A stretch of DNA of 64,000 nucleotides from Candidatus Saccharimonadota bacterium (GCA_905372855.1 CAJPQF010000001.1:1521-65520), one strand, 5' to 3'. Shown: positions 30,979 through 41,440, counted from the first letter of the stretch. Translations and numbers: made by a program. Notes: generated by a model not told the origin, from the sequence alone.

Positions 30979-32754
30979 ATGAAGCGAACTTTGAACACAC
31001 AGACGGCGCAACTCGCCGGCGAAAAAATTTCAGTTAGCGGCTGGGTACACTCGCGCCGCGATCACGGCGGGTTAATTTTTGTTGATTTGCGTGATCATAC
31101 AGGTTTATTGCAACTAGTTTTTAATTCCGATGATCCGGAAATGTTTTCACTTGCTGAGGAGCTGCGCGACGAATTTGTCATTCGCGCCGAAGGCATGGTG
31201 CGCGAACGCGCGGCTGGGCTAAAGAATGATAAAATTCCGACTGGCGCAGTTGAATTGGTGGTCGAGAGGTTGACGTTACTTAACCGAGCCGAAACTCTGC
31301 CAATCCAGCCGTTCGCCGAGGAAAACCAGGCAGGCGAGGACTTGCGTTTCAAATATCGTTACCTCGACCTACGCCGTCCAAAGATGCAACAGATGCTGAA
31401 AAAACGCGCTGAAATGTACCGACGGATGCATCAGTATATGGATGACCGTGATTTCATCGAAATTCAAACGCCGATTTTGGCAAATTCCAGCCCCGAGGGC
31501 GCGCGCGATTTTCTGATCCCGAGCCGTCTGCAAGAGGGCAAGTTTTACGCCCTGCCGCAAGCGCCGCAGCAGTTCAAGCAGCTGTTGATGGTTGGCGGTG
31601 TGCCGCGCTACTACCAGTTGGCGGCGTGTTTTCGCGATGAAGATCCGCGAGCTGACCGACTCTATGGTGAGTTTTACCAGCTGGATTTGGAGATGAGCTT
31701 CGTTGAGGACGGCGAAGAAGTTCGCCGTGAGGTCGAACCGTTGATACAGCAGCTAGCGACCGATTTTGCAGGCAAGAAATTGCTGGATTTGAGTGGTCTC
31801 GCGGTTGGTGATGGCAGTCCAATTCCGCGCATTGCCTATCGCGACGCCATGGAGACATATGGCTCGGACAAGCCAGATTTGCGCTTTGGTATGGAGCTGG
31901 TTGAGCTGACTGATGTATTTGCCGATACTGAATTTGGCGTCTTCAAAAACACTGAGTGTATCAAGGCAATTTGCGTCAAAAATGGTGCCAATCTCAGCCG
32001 CAAGCAAATTGACCAATTCACCGACATTGCTAAGAGTGAAGGGGCAGGCGGCTTAGCCTACATCACCTACCAAGATGGCGAGGCAAAATCACCAATTGCT
32101 AAGTTCTTGAGCGAGACAGAGCTCACGGCGATTAAGCAAAAAACTGGTGCGGCTGATGGCGACGCAGTTTTCTTCGGTGCTGATACTCGCTCAGTCGTCA
32201 ATACGGTATTAGGCCGGTTGCGTAATGAGTTTGCTGCTCACTTCAACCTGAAAAAATCGGATGAGGTGGCCCTGGCTTGGATCATCGATTTTCCATTCTA
32301 TGAATGGGATGATCGCGGCAAGAAGCTTGATTTTGGCCACAACCCATTCGGTATGCCAAAGGGTGGCATAGAGGCGCTGGAGTCGGCGACGACCGATGCC
32401 GACAAACTGGCCATCGTGGCTGATCAATTCGACATGGTGATGAACGGCTATGAAATTTGCTCCGGTGGCGTGCGCAACCACAACCCAGCGGTGCTGTACA
32501 AAGTGTTTGACCTACTTGGCTTTAGCGAAAGCTACGTTGAGGAAAAATTTGGTGCCATGCTAAACGCCTTCAAATACGGCGCACCGCCACACGCTGGCTG
32601 TGCCTTTGGCGTTGATCGCATCCTCATGGAACTTATTGACGAAACTAATGTTCGCGAAACCTTAGCCTTTCCAAAGAACGGCTCGGGCGTCGACGTGATG
32701 ATGGATTCGCCATCAACGGTTGATCCAGCGCAGCTAAAGGAATTGGGATTATGA
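30979..32754 (+). CDS. aspS: aspartate-tRNA ligase, probably the non-discriminating type
   Basis: RRDHGGLIFVDLRD, FRDED, GAPPHAG; the His in RRDHGG is typical of ND-AspRS. Confidence 0.95.
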   Translation: MKRTLNTQTAQLAGEKISVSGWVHSRRDHGGLIFVDLRDHTGLLQLVFNSDDPEMFSLAEELRDEFVIRAEGMVRERAAGLKNDKIPTGAVELVVERLTLLNRAETLPIQPFAEENQAGEDLRFKYRYLDLRRPKMQQMLKKRAEMYRRMHQYMDDRDFIEIQTPILANSSPEGARDFLIPSRLQEGKFYALPQAPQQFKQLLMVGGVPRYYQLAACFRDEDPRADRLYGEFYQLDLEMSFVEDGEEVRREVEPLIQQLATDFAGKKLLDLSGLAVGDGSPIPRIAYRDAMETYGSDKPDLRFGMELVELTDVFADTEFGVFKNTECIKAICVKNGANLSRKQIDQFTDIAKSEGAGGLAYITYQDGEAKSPIAKFLSETELTAIKQKTGAADGDAVFFGADTRSVVNTVLGRLRNEFAAHFNLKKSDEVALAWIIDFPFYEWDDRGKKLDFGHNPFGMPKGGIEALESATTDADKLAIVADQFDMVMNGYEICSGGVRNHNPAVLYKVFDLLGFSESYVEEKFGAMLNAFKYGAPPHAGCAFGVDRILMELIDETNVRETLAFPKNGSGVDVMMDSPSTVDPAQLKELGL

Positions 32755-33179
32755 GCGCAATGTATGATCGACACGAAGTTAGCGTAAAAGTAGCGCTGTA
32801 TAGTAATGATGGCAAGCGTGTGCTAATGATGTATTATCCGCACGATGATGGTTTTGGTCTGCCGGGCGGACATATTGACGCTGGCGAAACGCCTGACGTG
32901 GCACTAGAGCGAGAGCTGCGCGAGGAGCTGGGTATCGCAATTGATGCGGCACCGGCTGATTTCTATATGCGCTATCCGCGAGGTAGTGCCGTCAAAGATC
33001 ATAAAATTATTCTTGGCTATACGGCTACGGTTGACAGTAACGTTGAACTGCCAGACCGGGCGTGTGATGGCGGCGAGGAGCGCCCGATTTGGCTTGCTCG
33101 AGCGGAGATTGAAACTACTGACAAGCTCGCGCCGGGTTATCGGGATTTTGTGTTGAGATGGTGGCCGCAAGAAGCGTAA
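32751..33179 (+). CDS. NUDIX hydrolase
   Basis: LPGGHIDAGETPDVALERELREELG Nudix box. Confidence 0.9.
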   Translation: MSAMYDRHEVSVKVALYSNDGKRVLMMYYPHDDGFGLPGGHIDAGETPDVALERELREELGIAIDAAPADFYMRYPRGSAVKDHKIILGYTATVDSNVELPDRACDGGEERPIWLARAEIETTDKLAPGYRDFVLRWWPQEA

Positions 33180-33203
33180 TATTTTAGGAGGTACAAGCAG
33201 GCT

Positions 33204-34553
33204 ATGAAATCAATTTCCAAACGAACGCTGAAATTCATTGACTCATGGCTAATGCTGCGCAGCCAGTGGGCGCGCTGGCCAGGATTTACGGTGGCGATAG
33301 CCAAGGACGGCGAGGTGGTTTTTAATAAAGCTTATGGACTGGCAAATATAGAAAATAATGAGAAATTAACAACCAACCATCTCTTTCACGTTGCTTCGCA
33401 ATCGAAAACATTTACTGCCACGGCCGTGATGCAGCTGCAGGAGCGCGGCAAGTTGCGCATCGATGATTTAGTGACAGAGCATCTACCGTGGCTGGCGCAG
33501 CATAGCGATCAGCGTTGGCGCGACGTAACCTTGCGTCAATTGTTGAGTCACTCAGCAGGTGTAATTCGCGACGGCCAGACGTCAGGTTTTTGGCAGTTCC
33601 AAGGAGATTTTCCAGATAAAGACGAGCTCAAGAAGCAAATCATGCAATCGGAGCTAGTATTCGAACCAAATTCCGAATTCAAGTATTCCAATTTTAGTTT
33701 TGGCTTGCTGGGTTTGGTAATTGAACAAGCTAGCGGCAAATCATACGCTGATGTTGTGACGGAAAATATCATCATGCCACTTGATTTGAAACAAACCGCT
33801 GCAGAATATTCACCAGAACTTTACATGGCAACTGGCTACAGTAGGTTTGATTTGCAGCAGCAGCGTCGACCTTTTCAACACGTTACAACTGGCGTATTAC
33901 AGCCAGCCACAGGATTTTGCTCAACTGCGCATGACTTGGTGAAATTCTTTGCTGCTCTGCAAGTCGGCTCAGGTAAACTGTTGAGTGATGCCTCCAAACG
34001 GGAAATGCAGCGCCCATCATGGCAAGTCGCCGACGAGGCAAATGCAGGAAGTTATGGATTAGGCATTGATGTTGCAAAAGCTAAAGACGGTAAGCGGCTC
34101 GTCGGTCATAGCGGCGGTTATCCAGGATTTGTCGGCCGTACCTGGTCGCGGATAGACGACGGAATAACTGTTTCGGTGCTGGCGAACGCGTATGATACAG
34201 CGCCAGGAATAGTCGCAAATTCGATATTAGGAATTATTGATCAATTTGGTGACGTTTCTGATAAAAAACGTCGAAAGTTTGAAGCGCGGTTCGTTAACGA
34301 TTACGGCGTATATGAAGTTGCTGATACAGAAAAAGGATTGAGGGGTTTATGGTCTAATGATTGGCAACCGTTCAATATGGCTGAAGAACTGGAAATAGTC
34401 GATGACGCCACTTTAAAAATTGCGAAGGGTAATCATTTTAGCTATTTTGGCGAACTGATGAAATATGAGTTTGACGCCAAAAATAAGCCTTCCGCCATGT
34501 ATCGCAGCGGCGCTAAGAATTATGTTAGTTTAGATGGTGATATAAAAGTATGA
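33204..34553 (+). CDS. serine hydrolase, beta-lactamase class C-like family
   Basis: ASQSKTF (SxxK), LLSHSAG, YSN, GHSGG. Confidence 0.88.
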   Translation: MKSISKRTLKFIDSWLMLRSQWARWPGFTVAIAKDGEVVFNKAYGLANIENNEKLTTNHLFHVASQSKTFTATAVMQLQERGKLRIDDLVTEHLPWLAQHSDQRWRDVTLRQLLSHSAGVIRDGQTSGFWQFQGDFPDKDELKKQIMQSELVFEPNSEFKYSNFSFGLLGLVIEQASGKSYADVVTENIIMPLDLKQTAAEYSPELYMATGYSRFDLQQQRRPFQHVTTGVLQPATGFCSTAHDLVKFFAALQVGSGKLLSDASKREMQRPSWQVADEANAGSYGLGIDVAKAKDGKRLVGHSGGYPGFVGRTWSRIDDGITVSVLANAYDTAPGIVANSILGIIDQFGDVSDKKRRKFEARFVNDYGVYEVADTEKGLRGLWSNDWQPFNMAEELEIVDDATLKIAKGNHFSYFGELMKYEFDAKNKPSAMYRSGAKNYVSLDGDIKV

Positions 34554-34563
34554 AAGGATTTTC

Positions 34564-35103
34564 ATGTCAAACATAGAATACGAAGCAAAAATATATGATG
34601 TCGATCCCGCCGATATCACAGAAAAGTTGACAAATCTCGGCGCTAAAGAGGTCGGTAATTACAATTTTTGCCGTTAAGTATTTGATACGATTCCAGCTAA
34701 GCCAGATCGCTGGGTGCGGTTGCGCTCTGATGGGAAACAGGCGACTTTGACCGTCAAAGAAATAACTGCCGACACTATTGATGGCACTCATGAGTGGGAA
34801 GTTGAAGTATCTGATATGGAAACGACACTGGAAATATTAGCAAAAATCGGTATCAAACCGCGCTGTTATCAAGAAAACAAACGCCAAGAATACGACCTCG
34901 GTGGCGTTCAGGTTGTCATTGACCGCTGGCCGAAATTAAAGCCGTATGTCGAAATAGAAGCGAACAGCGTAGTGGAAGTGGTAAAAACGGCAGCGCTGCT
35001 TGGCTTTACTGAGAGCGATTTGATAACGAAAAGCACTTCTGATTTATACCGGAATATCGGTATAGACATCGAGAAACTTGCGGAATTAAAATTTGATAAG
35101 TAG
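34564..35103 (+). pseudogene. CYTH-domain (class IV adenylate cyclase-like) gene with an internal stop
   Basis: MSNIEYEAK (ExExK) start; in-frame TAA 34675-34677; same frame continues WVRLR..LTVK..YVEIEA. Confidence 0.8.
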
Positions 35104-35124
35104 ACTAGTCTGCGAAATAAGTAT

Positions 35125-35745
35125 ATGATTAAAACGAAACTACCAACCGATACTCAAATCAAAAACTTACACAAAAAATACGCCAAAACTGATACTGATT
35201 TTGCGTTGATTTACACTCACTGCCAAGTGGTTGACACAATTGCGGCGCAGCTTTTAGATGCTAAGCCGAACTCGCGAGTCGACAGTGATTTACTGCATGT
35301 TGCTTGCATGCTTCATGATATCGGCACGTATGATGTTCTGGAAAACGGCAAATTTGTCGACGGCGTTCGCCACGGCGTGATTGGTGAAAAGATTCTGCGA
35401 AATGAAGGTTTTCCCGAACAAATTTGGCGGTTCGCTTCGCATCATACTGGCGTAGGTTTGACCAAGCAGGATGTAATTAACCAAAACTTGTCCATTCCAT
35501 CTGCCGATTATACCGCTAACACGCCCGAGGAGCGGCTGCTAATGTACGCGGACAAATTTCATTCCAAAAGCAAACCGCCCAAAGAGCCGCCATATTTTTG
35601 CACGTTTGAATGGTATTATAATCTGGTGCAAAAATTTGGCAGCGATAAACAAGCTAAATTTCAGGCGCTAGCAGACGAGTTTGGCAAGCCGAATATTGTG
35701 CTTGTCGCCAGTAAGTTTGGTTTTAGTATTAAAGATGTAAATTAG
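35125..35745 (+). CDS. HD-domain phosphohydrolase
   Basis: HCQVV, LHDIG, HHTG, YADK. Confidence 0.85.
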   Translation: MIKTKLPTDTQIKNLHKKYAKTDTDFALIYTHCQVVDTIAAQLLDAKPNSRVDSDLLHVACMLHDIGTYDVLENGKFVDGVRHGVIGEKILRNEGFPEQIWRFASHHTGVGLTKQDVINQNLSIPSADYTANTPEERLLMYADKFHSKSKPPKEPPYFCTFEWYYNLVQKFGSDKQAKFQALADEFGKPNIVLVASKFGFSIKDVN

Positions 35746-35838
35746 CGTCAGGCTGGTGCAGGTAACTTGCAGGTTATAAATTAGCAGCCTAACACGTAGA
35801 CTTGACCGTCTGGGAATATTTCGCCATAATAATACGTA

Positions 35839-36387
35839 ATGAAAAGAAGCCTTATTATATTGTGTGCGTTAGTCTATGTCGCTTGTGTTCCAACGGTTAG
35901 CGCCGAAGGTCCAACTATGACTCTATTGACTGAGCGGCAGCTTAATCTGGTGCGCAGTAATTGTGCGACGACTAAAACTGTTTTAGAGCGTATTCGTGCT
36001 AACGACGCTTTGGTGCGCATCAACCTCGGCCGCGAATATGATGCAATTTCTACCAAACTGATGGCGCCGATGAATAGCCGTATTGCTCTCAATAAGCTCA
36101 ACGGCATCGACTTAACCAAGACAACCGTCGATTTCGACCATCAAATCGGACAATTTCGCAACTCTTATCAGCGTTACGAGCAGATAATGTCGCATATAGC
36201 CCAGACGGATTGCCAAGATAAGCCAGCAGACTTTTATATGGATATTGAACGAGCGCGTTATTATCGCGGTGATGTACGAAAAGCAGTAGTCGAACTCGAA
36301 AAGCTAATTAAGCAATATAGCTCACAAATCGACAAATTAGATTTGTCAAAAGCGGGTTTGAGTAGTCAAGGAGGTAGTAATGACTAG
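35839..36387 (+). CDS. secreted helical hypothetical protein
   Basis: Signal peptide, Cys pair. Confidence 0.7.
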   Translation: MKRSLIILCALVYVACVPTVSAEGPTMTLLTERQLNLVRSNCATTKTVLERIRANDALVRINLGREYDAISTKLMAPMNSRIALNKLNGIDLTKTTVDFDHQIGQFRNSYQRYEQIMSHIAQTDCQDKPADFYMDIERARYYRGDVRKAVVELEKLIKQYSSQIDKLDLSKAGLSSQGGSND

Positions 36388-36790
36388 ACTTCACGCTCGT
36401 GCTCGCCTGAAAAAGCGGGCTGATCATATTTGTCAGCGGTGCGGTTTTGCGGCTATGCTGGTCTGTGTAATTATAATATCGCTCGTCATGGTGGCGGTAG
36501 CTTTAGAGATGTATAACACCAGCGGTGCAGCACAAGTCGATTTGAGTCGCCCAGGTTTTAGCTCTGTGCAGAAGCAGGCTGGCGCTAGCGAAGAAACTGA
36601 AAAAGGTTTCTCGGCGCAAGGGGAGATTGATCAAAAAACTATCAAAGATTTTAAAAATGTATACGACAAACACGCCAAACGTGCGGCTGCATCGACCAGT
36701 TTTGGTGGCGAGGCGCTATCAGATAGTTCAATTCAAGTCTTTAATGAACGTTCATCGGGAACAGCACCAAGCGGAGAGGCTTCAAACTAG
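36380..36790 (+). CDS. single-TM hypothetical protein
   Basis: AAGGAGG RBS, one TM segment. Confidence 0.7.
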   Translation: MTRLHARARLKKRADHICQRCGFAAMLVCVIIISLVMVAVALEMYNTSGAAQVDLSRPGFSSVQKQAGASEETEKGFSAQGEIDQKTIKDFKNVYDKHAKRAAASTSFGGEALSDSSIQVFNERSSGTAPSGEASN

Positions 36791-37452
36791 TGAGCGAACT
36801 GCTCAACCCTGACGATTTTGTTATCGCCCGCAAGCGTAAAAAATACAAATTTGCTAAGTTTCATAACGCCGAGAATTGCTTTGAGTTTGACGAATGGCGC
36901 GATTTTTACCAGCAGCGCCAGCCGGGCGTCTCCAGGCTGGAGATTGGCGCTGGTACTGGTTTGTTTAGCGTCGAATTGGCAGCGCGTTATCCAGATAAGC
37001 TGTTTGCGGCGATTGACGTTAAGGCTGACCGTTTGCAAAAAGGCGCTTACATCGCGTTAGAGCGAAGCTTAAAAAATATCTATTTCATCCGGGCGCGCGC
37101 CGACCAAATTGGCGATTTGTTCGCTTTGTCAACGTTAGTAAATATTTGGGTGACTTTTCCTGATCCGTTTCCGAAGAAGCGCGCTGCTGGGCGGCGGTTG
37201 ACGCATCCGTATTTTTTGCGCCGTTACGCGCAATTATTGCAACCTGGCGGGGAGCTGCTTTTCAAGCATGACGACCGCGACTTTTTCTGCTGGAGTTTGG
37301 AGCAATTGGTGGCAGAAAAATGGCAAATTACAGAGCTAAGCTTCGACCTGCACGAATCATCTCTGGACGACGAATACAAAACCATGACGACCTACGAGCA
37401 GCGATGGCTGAACGAGGGCAAGGCGATTAATTTTGTGAGGGCTACGCGTTGA
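36790..37452 (+). CDS. trmB: tRNA (guanine-N7)-methyltransferase
   Basis: LEIGAGTG, FPDPFPKKR, RRLT, TTYEQR. Confidence 0.9.
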   Translation: MSELLNPDDFVIARKRKKYKFAKFHNAENCFEFDEWRDFYQQRQPGVSRLEIGAGTGLFSVELAARYPDKLFAAIDVKADRLQKGAYIALERSLKNIYFIRARADQIGDLFALSTLVNIWVTFPDPFPKKRAAGRRLTHPYFLRRYAQLLQPGGELLFKHDDRDFFCWSLEQLVAEKWQITELSFDLHESSLDDEYKTMTTYEQRWLNEGKAINFVRATR

Positions 37453-37481
37453 TGCTGTGTTATCGTGCCAGTGGAAGCGGG

Positions 37482-38225
37482 TTAGCCCTCGCTAGCACCC
37501 TGCCAAGCAATGTCAAACAGGCGCGTTTGCACCGAGGCTAGGCTGGCGTTGTCGATAATTACTCCGTGCATAGAGTTATATTTGTCTAAAGTAATAATAG
37601 CCATTTTACTGGCATACAATATTGTGTAGCAGCCGTCGTCTAGTTTTGGCCCGACTAAGTAGCGGCTATCTGCTAAGCCTGTTGTCGCGCGCAGGGGCTT
37701 GGCGTAGCGCAAGACGCGTACTCGTAGGTTTCGTTTGGCGCGTTCGCGGCTAAAATTCGGAAAGTTGTTGTACAGATAACGGCTGACGCGCGGCGAGGAA
37801 ATTACGCGGTACAAGTTAATCTTTTGCAGGCGGCAGGTACTTAATATATCGCGCAAAATATTTGCCAAACCTTCGTCGCCCTCGTAAAATGCCGCCATAT
37901 GCCGGGTTTCGGCAATTTTGTTTGCGGTTCGCAGGCGGACAATGTATTGATCAAGCTGCTGGCCGGCTACCTGTAAAGCTTGCTGCTTCTCGTGTAAAAT
38001 TTCTGCCAAGACAGCTGGATCTTCGGCGCGGTAGTGCAGCTGTTTGCCCTGAGTGACGCTGTTGACAAGTCCGGCTGTGCGCAGGCTTTTGATAGATTCA
38101 TAGACGCTGCCGCGGTTAATATTCGTTGTTTCCGCGATGGCTCGCAGCGAACTATTAGGAATTGCCAGCAGCGCCTCATATACGCGTTTGTCACGAATAG
38201 ACAAGCCGATAATTGAAAAATCCAT
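37482..38225 (-). CDS. TrmB-family (sugar-specific HTH) transcriptional regulator
   Basis: GLS..DKRVYEALL, IAETTNINRGSVYESIKSL..GLV, FYEGDEG. Confidence 0.8.
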   Translation of the reverse strand: MDFSIIGLSIRDKRVYEALLAIPNSSLRAIAETTNINRGSVYESIKSLRTAGLVNSVTQGKQLHYRAEDPAVLAEILHEKQQALQVAGQQLDQYIVRLRTANKIAETRHMAAFYEGDEGLANILRDILSTCRLQKINLYRVISSPRVSRYLYNNFPNFSRERAKRNLRVRVLRYAKPLRATTGLADSRYLVGPKLDDGCYTILYASKMAIITLDKYNSMHGVIIDNASLASVQTRLFDIAWQGASEG

Positions 38226-38333
38226 ATCTGTAATATAGCATAAAAAACAAAATTGTCATAAAATATCAACCATTTTGTCTGGAATCGGCAGTAGCGGTAC
38301 GATATGATTTGCTGGTAACGAAAGGAGAATGTT

Positions 38334-38630
38334 ATGGCAAATATTGAAAGATTTGATTCGGATAGTAAAGATTCAAGAGTAAGTGTCTTAACGGGCAAAA
38401 GTGCGATTACACTTTCGGTTAGCGGCGTGCCTGAGGAACAGTTTAAGGACTTGTGTAGAGAAGTACAGATGAGCGAAGGAAAAAAGACTATAGGCAGTAT
38501 TATTCGCGGAGCTATTGATAAATACACCAAAGAAGTCTTACGAGACCCAAAGTTTCAAGATGAAATGGGCAGACTAGCTGTTCTCTTAGAGAAATACAGC
38601 CAACCGGATAATCAGGATTGCACTGAATAG
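38334..38630 (+). CDS. small hypothetical protein, possibly ribbon-helix-helix
   Basis: AAGGAG RBS; ITLSV..PEE...SIIRGAIDKY. Confidence 0.55.
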   Translation: MANIERFDSDSKDSRVSVLTGKSAITLSVSGVPEEQFKDLCREVQMSEGKKTIGSIIRGAIDKYTKEVLRDPKFQDEMGRLAVLLEKYSQPDNQDCTE

Positions 38631-38680
38631 TGCAAAATAGCAATTATTGCTATAATACAAACAACAAACAGGAGGGGAAC

Positions 38681-39022
38681 ATGAATTTTCAAGATTATTC
38701 GCAAAAAGCTATTTCAACGCTAACGAGCGATCACGCCTACGGCGATATCAGCGCTGATTTGATGGCGCAAATACTAGGCTTGGCTGGCGAGTCGGGCGAG
38801 GTGATGGAAAAGTTCAAAAAGCTAATCCGCGACAAGCAGGGCAAACTAACTGCCAGCGACAGCGCGGAGATTATCAAAGAACTGGGCGACGTGCTGTGGT
38901 ATGTCAATTCGGCGGCTCATTTGCTTGGCTCTAGCTTGGAAGAGGTGGCGCGGCTTAATAACGAAAAGTTAGCCAGTCGCCAACAGCGCGGCCAGCTGCA
39001 TGGCAGCGGCGATAATCGGTAA
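38681..39022 (+). CDS. MazG-like NTP pyrophosphohydrolase
   Basis: LGLAGESGEV, ELGDVLWY, GSGDNR; GGAGGGG RBS. Confidence 0.9.
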   Translation: MNFQDYSQKAISTLTSDHAYGDISADLMAQILGLAGESGEVMEKFKKLIRDKQGKLTASDSAEIIKELGDVLWYVNSAAHLLGSSLEEVARLNNEKLASRQQRGQLHGSGDNR

Positions 39023-39026
39023 AACT

Positions 39027-40280
39027 CTAAATCTTCAGATGCTGCCGCAGCCACTCGTCAATGGTGCCAGCGCCCATGCAGAGGACTAGTTTGCCTAACT
39101 CGCGGTCAAGCATGATAGACTTCCACAAATCATCGTTGAGGCTGGCAATATGTACTTCGGGGCGGGTGAGGTTTTTGGTTAAGTCTGCGGGCGTCAGTAT
39201 CGGTAAATCCGGATTCTCGCGCGTCAAATATGTCGGCAGCCAATATACGCTGTCAGCGTAGCGAAAAACTTCATTTGTGTACATTGATTGAATTTCGTGC
39301 TGGCGGACATTTTGGTGCGGCTGGTAAACGAGAGTTACTTCACGGGATATCTCGTGCGCCATTTGCAGCGTGGCATAAATTTCGGCTGGGTGGTGACCAT
39401 AATCGGAGTACAGCCCAGGCGCCAAACGTTCAAATCGCCGCTGCGTACCAGGAAAATTCTCGACGGCAACCTTCACGATATCAGGATTACCCAGCTTTAG
39501 CCGCTCGCAGGCTTTGGCAACCAGTGTGGCGTTGGCCCTGTTGTGCCAGCCTGGAATGCGAAAACTTTTAACTTCCTCGTCTTTGAGCACCCAAGATTTA
39601 TTAACTGGTTCTAAACCGGTAAGAGTATCCTTCTTCCAGAGAATAGATAGTTCGCTCTGTCCTAGAAATTGTTGGAAAGCTCTGGTATAAGCGGCTTGAG
39701 TTGGGTACGTATCAGGATGATCGTAATCTATAGAAGTAATCAGCGAAAGGTATGGGCTGAAATGCAAGAAGTTACGATCGAATTCATCGCACTCGTATAT
39801 GAAATACTCGCTGTTCGGCGCGTAGTGCCCGCTCGGCCCAAAACTGATAGTGGTGCCAATTGAATAACTGATTGGGACGCCGAGTTGGCGCAGTACCCAA
39901 ATCATCATACCGGTAGTTGTTGTTTTGCCGTGAGTGCCAGCAATAGCGATCATCTTGAGATTCTTCTCGCTCATAATGTAGCGCAGCAGCTCGTCGCGCT
40001 TGGCTGTGTAAATGCCTAATTTTTGCGCTCTCACTAATTCTGGGTGGTCAGCGGGCAAGGCGGCGGTGTAAACGAGCCAGTCGATACGGCGCTGCTTATG
40101 GCAGTATTCTAAGTAATCGCCAGACTGGTCATTAGTGACGACAATGCCGCGCTGCATTAACTCGCTAGTTTCTAGACTCGAGTGCGCGTCCGAGCCTTGT
40201 ACGCTATGTCCGGCGTCATGAGCTAATTCAGCTAACGGTCCGATAGCGACGCCGCCAATACCAGAGAAATAAATATTCAT
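39027..40280 (-). CDS. murC: UDP-N-acetylmuramate--alanine ligase (MurC/Mpl family)
   Basis: GIGG, AGTHGKTTT, ECDEFD, DYGHHP, QPH. Confidence 0.85.
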   Translation of the reverse strand: MNIYFSGIGGVAIGPLAELAHDAGHSVQGSDAHSSLETSELMQRGIVVTNDQSGDYLEYCHKQRRIDWLVYTAALPADHPELVRAQKLGIYTAKRDELLRYIMSEKNLKMIAIAGTHGKTTTTGMMIWVLRQLGVPISYSIGTTISFGPSGHYAPNSEYFIYECDEFDRNFLHFSPYLSLITSIDYDHPDTYPTQAAYTRAFQQFLGQSELSILWKKDTLTGLEPVNKSWVLKDEEVKSFRIPGWHNRANATLVAKACERLKLGNPDIVKVAVENFPGTQRRFERLAPGLYSDYGHHPAEIYATLQMAHEISREVTLVYQPHQNVRQHEIQSMYTNEVFRYADSVYWLPTYLTRENPDLPILTPADLTKNLTRPEVHIASLNDDLWKSIMLDRELGKLVLCMGAGTIDEWLRQHLKI

Positions 40281-40343
40281 ACTTCTACTATAACGCAATC
40301 AAGCTGCTCGTGGTATACTATTAAGTAATGAAGGGCGGGAATA

Positions 40344-40970
40344 ATGGCCGATAAACGCGCGGCGAGGCGAAATCTTCGGCGTCTTGAGCGAGTCAAGACC
40401 TGGCAATTATTGATTTTGTTTGTGCTGGTGTGTTTTGTGGCAGCAACTTTTTTGCGTATCAATAATGTTGGTATGATACAACGCCGCAGCGCTGTAGCAA
40501 CCGCTGATAAATCAGGCAACGAAACACAAATATTTAATCGCCTGCAAGATTTACAGCGTTATTCAACGACTCATATGAATGCTAGCAGCGGCGTGATTTA
40601 TTTGCAGCATCAGTATGAACGCGACTCGCAAGCAGCTATCCAGAAAGCTTCGGCGGCGTCGTCCGAGAACGCAAGAGTTCACGCTCAGGCCGAGGCGGTT
40701 TGCCATCCGCAATACAGCGGTTGGTCGATGGCTTATATTCAATGCTTTGTTAACGAGCTGTCAAAGTATCCTACTTCTGACAAACTCAAAGACCCAGAGT
40801 TGCCTAACACCGAACTATACCGCCACGAATATACGTCGCCGCTTTGGACGCCTGATTTTGCTGGCTGGTCGATAGTTTTGGCGGCAGTAATCTTGGTGGT
40901 TATAGTACTGCGCTTGATTAGCCTTGTAATATTGCACCTATTATTGCGCTATAAATATCGAGCTGCTTGA
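40344..40970 (+). CDS. two-TM hypothetical protein
   Basis: N- and C-terminal TM segments with a Cys pair in the loop. Confidence 0.7.
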   Translation: MADKRAARRNLRRLERVKTWQLLILFVLVCFVAATFLRINNVGMIQRRSAVATADKSGNETQIFNRLQDLQRYSTTHMNASSGVIYLQHQYERDSQAAIQKASAASSENARVHAQAEAVCHPQYSGWSMAYIQCFVNELSKYPTSDKLKDPELPNTELYRHEYTSPLWTPDFAGWSIVLAAVILVVIVLRLISLVILHLLLRYKYRAA

Positions 40971-41063
40971 CTGGTGTAGCTAGGGGTGCAAAGTGTTGAC
41001 ACTCAATGCAGGTTACGATAAGCTAACAGATGTAAACCAATACTTAATAGGAGGTATAAAACA

Positions 41064-41270
41064 ATGGCTTACAAGCACACGAATTCAAAGGGCGTCACTT
41101 ATTATCTACACAAAACTGAAGTTACACTTCGCGGTGGTAAACCACAAACTATCTACTTTTTCACCAAAGTAGAGAAAAACGAAAAAGGCGAGCCGTGCGA
41201 TTTGCCAGAGGATCGCGTCGTTAAAGAAAACCCGCGCAATGGCTTTCTGACGGTTTCTAAGAAGAAATAA
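41064..41270 (+). CDS. small basic hypothetical protein, monocistronic
   Basis: TTGACA(40996)-17-TAAGCT promoter, AGGAGG RBS, own terminator. Confidence 0.85.
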   Translation: MAYKHTNSKGVTYYLHKTEVTLRGGKPQTIYFFTKVEKNEKGEPCDLPEDRVVKENPRNGFLTVSKKK

Positions 41271-41285
41271 ATTTTGCTGTTTTTT

Positions 41286-41315
41286 AAAACCCTCGGCTTG
41301 TCAGCTGAGGGTTTT
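41286..41315 (+). terminator. intrinsic terminator
   Basis: AAAACCCTCGGCT-tgtc-AGCTGAGGGTTTT. Confidence 0.8.
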
Positions 41316-41383
41316 GTAGTGGTAAAATGCTTGCGTTTAGATAGTAAGTTTGCTAATCTAGATATGTAAACAAACAGGTGCAC

Positions 41384-41419
41384 AAAATTACCTCCCGATT
41401 ACCCTAAGGGAGGTTTTTT
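41384..41419. terminator. hairpin downstream of the minus-strand tRNA
   Basis: ACCTCCC/GGGAGGT with flanking A/T runs. Confidence 0.6.
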
Positions 41420-41440
41420 GATCTCTGTGGTTGATTATGG

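Noticed and set aside
33204..34553. Bona fide AmpC beta-lactamase resistance gene
   Set aside because: No signal peptide; the motifs only support the broad serine hydrolase family
36790..38225. Functional link between the two adjacent 'TrmB' genes
   Set aside because: Name coincidence: the tRNA m7G methyltransferase and the TrmB HTH regulator are unrelated families, and they are convergent
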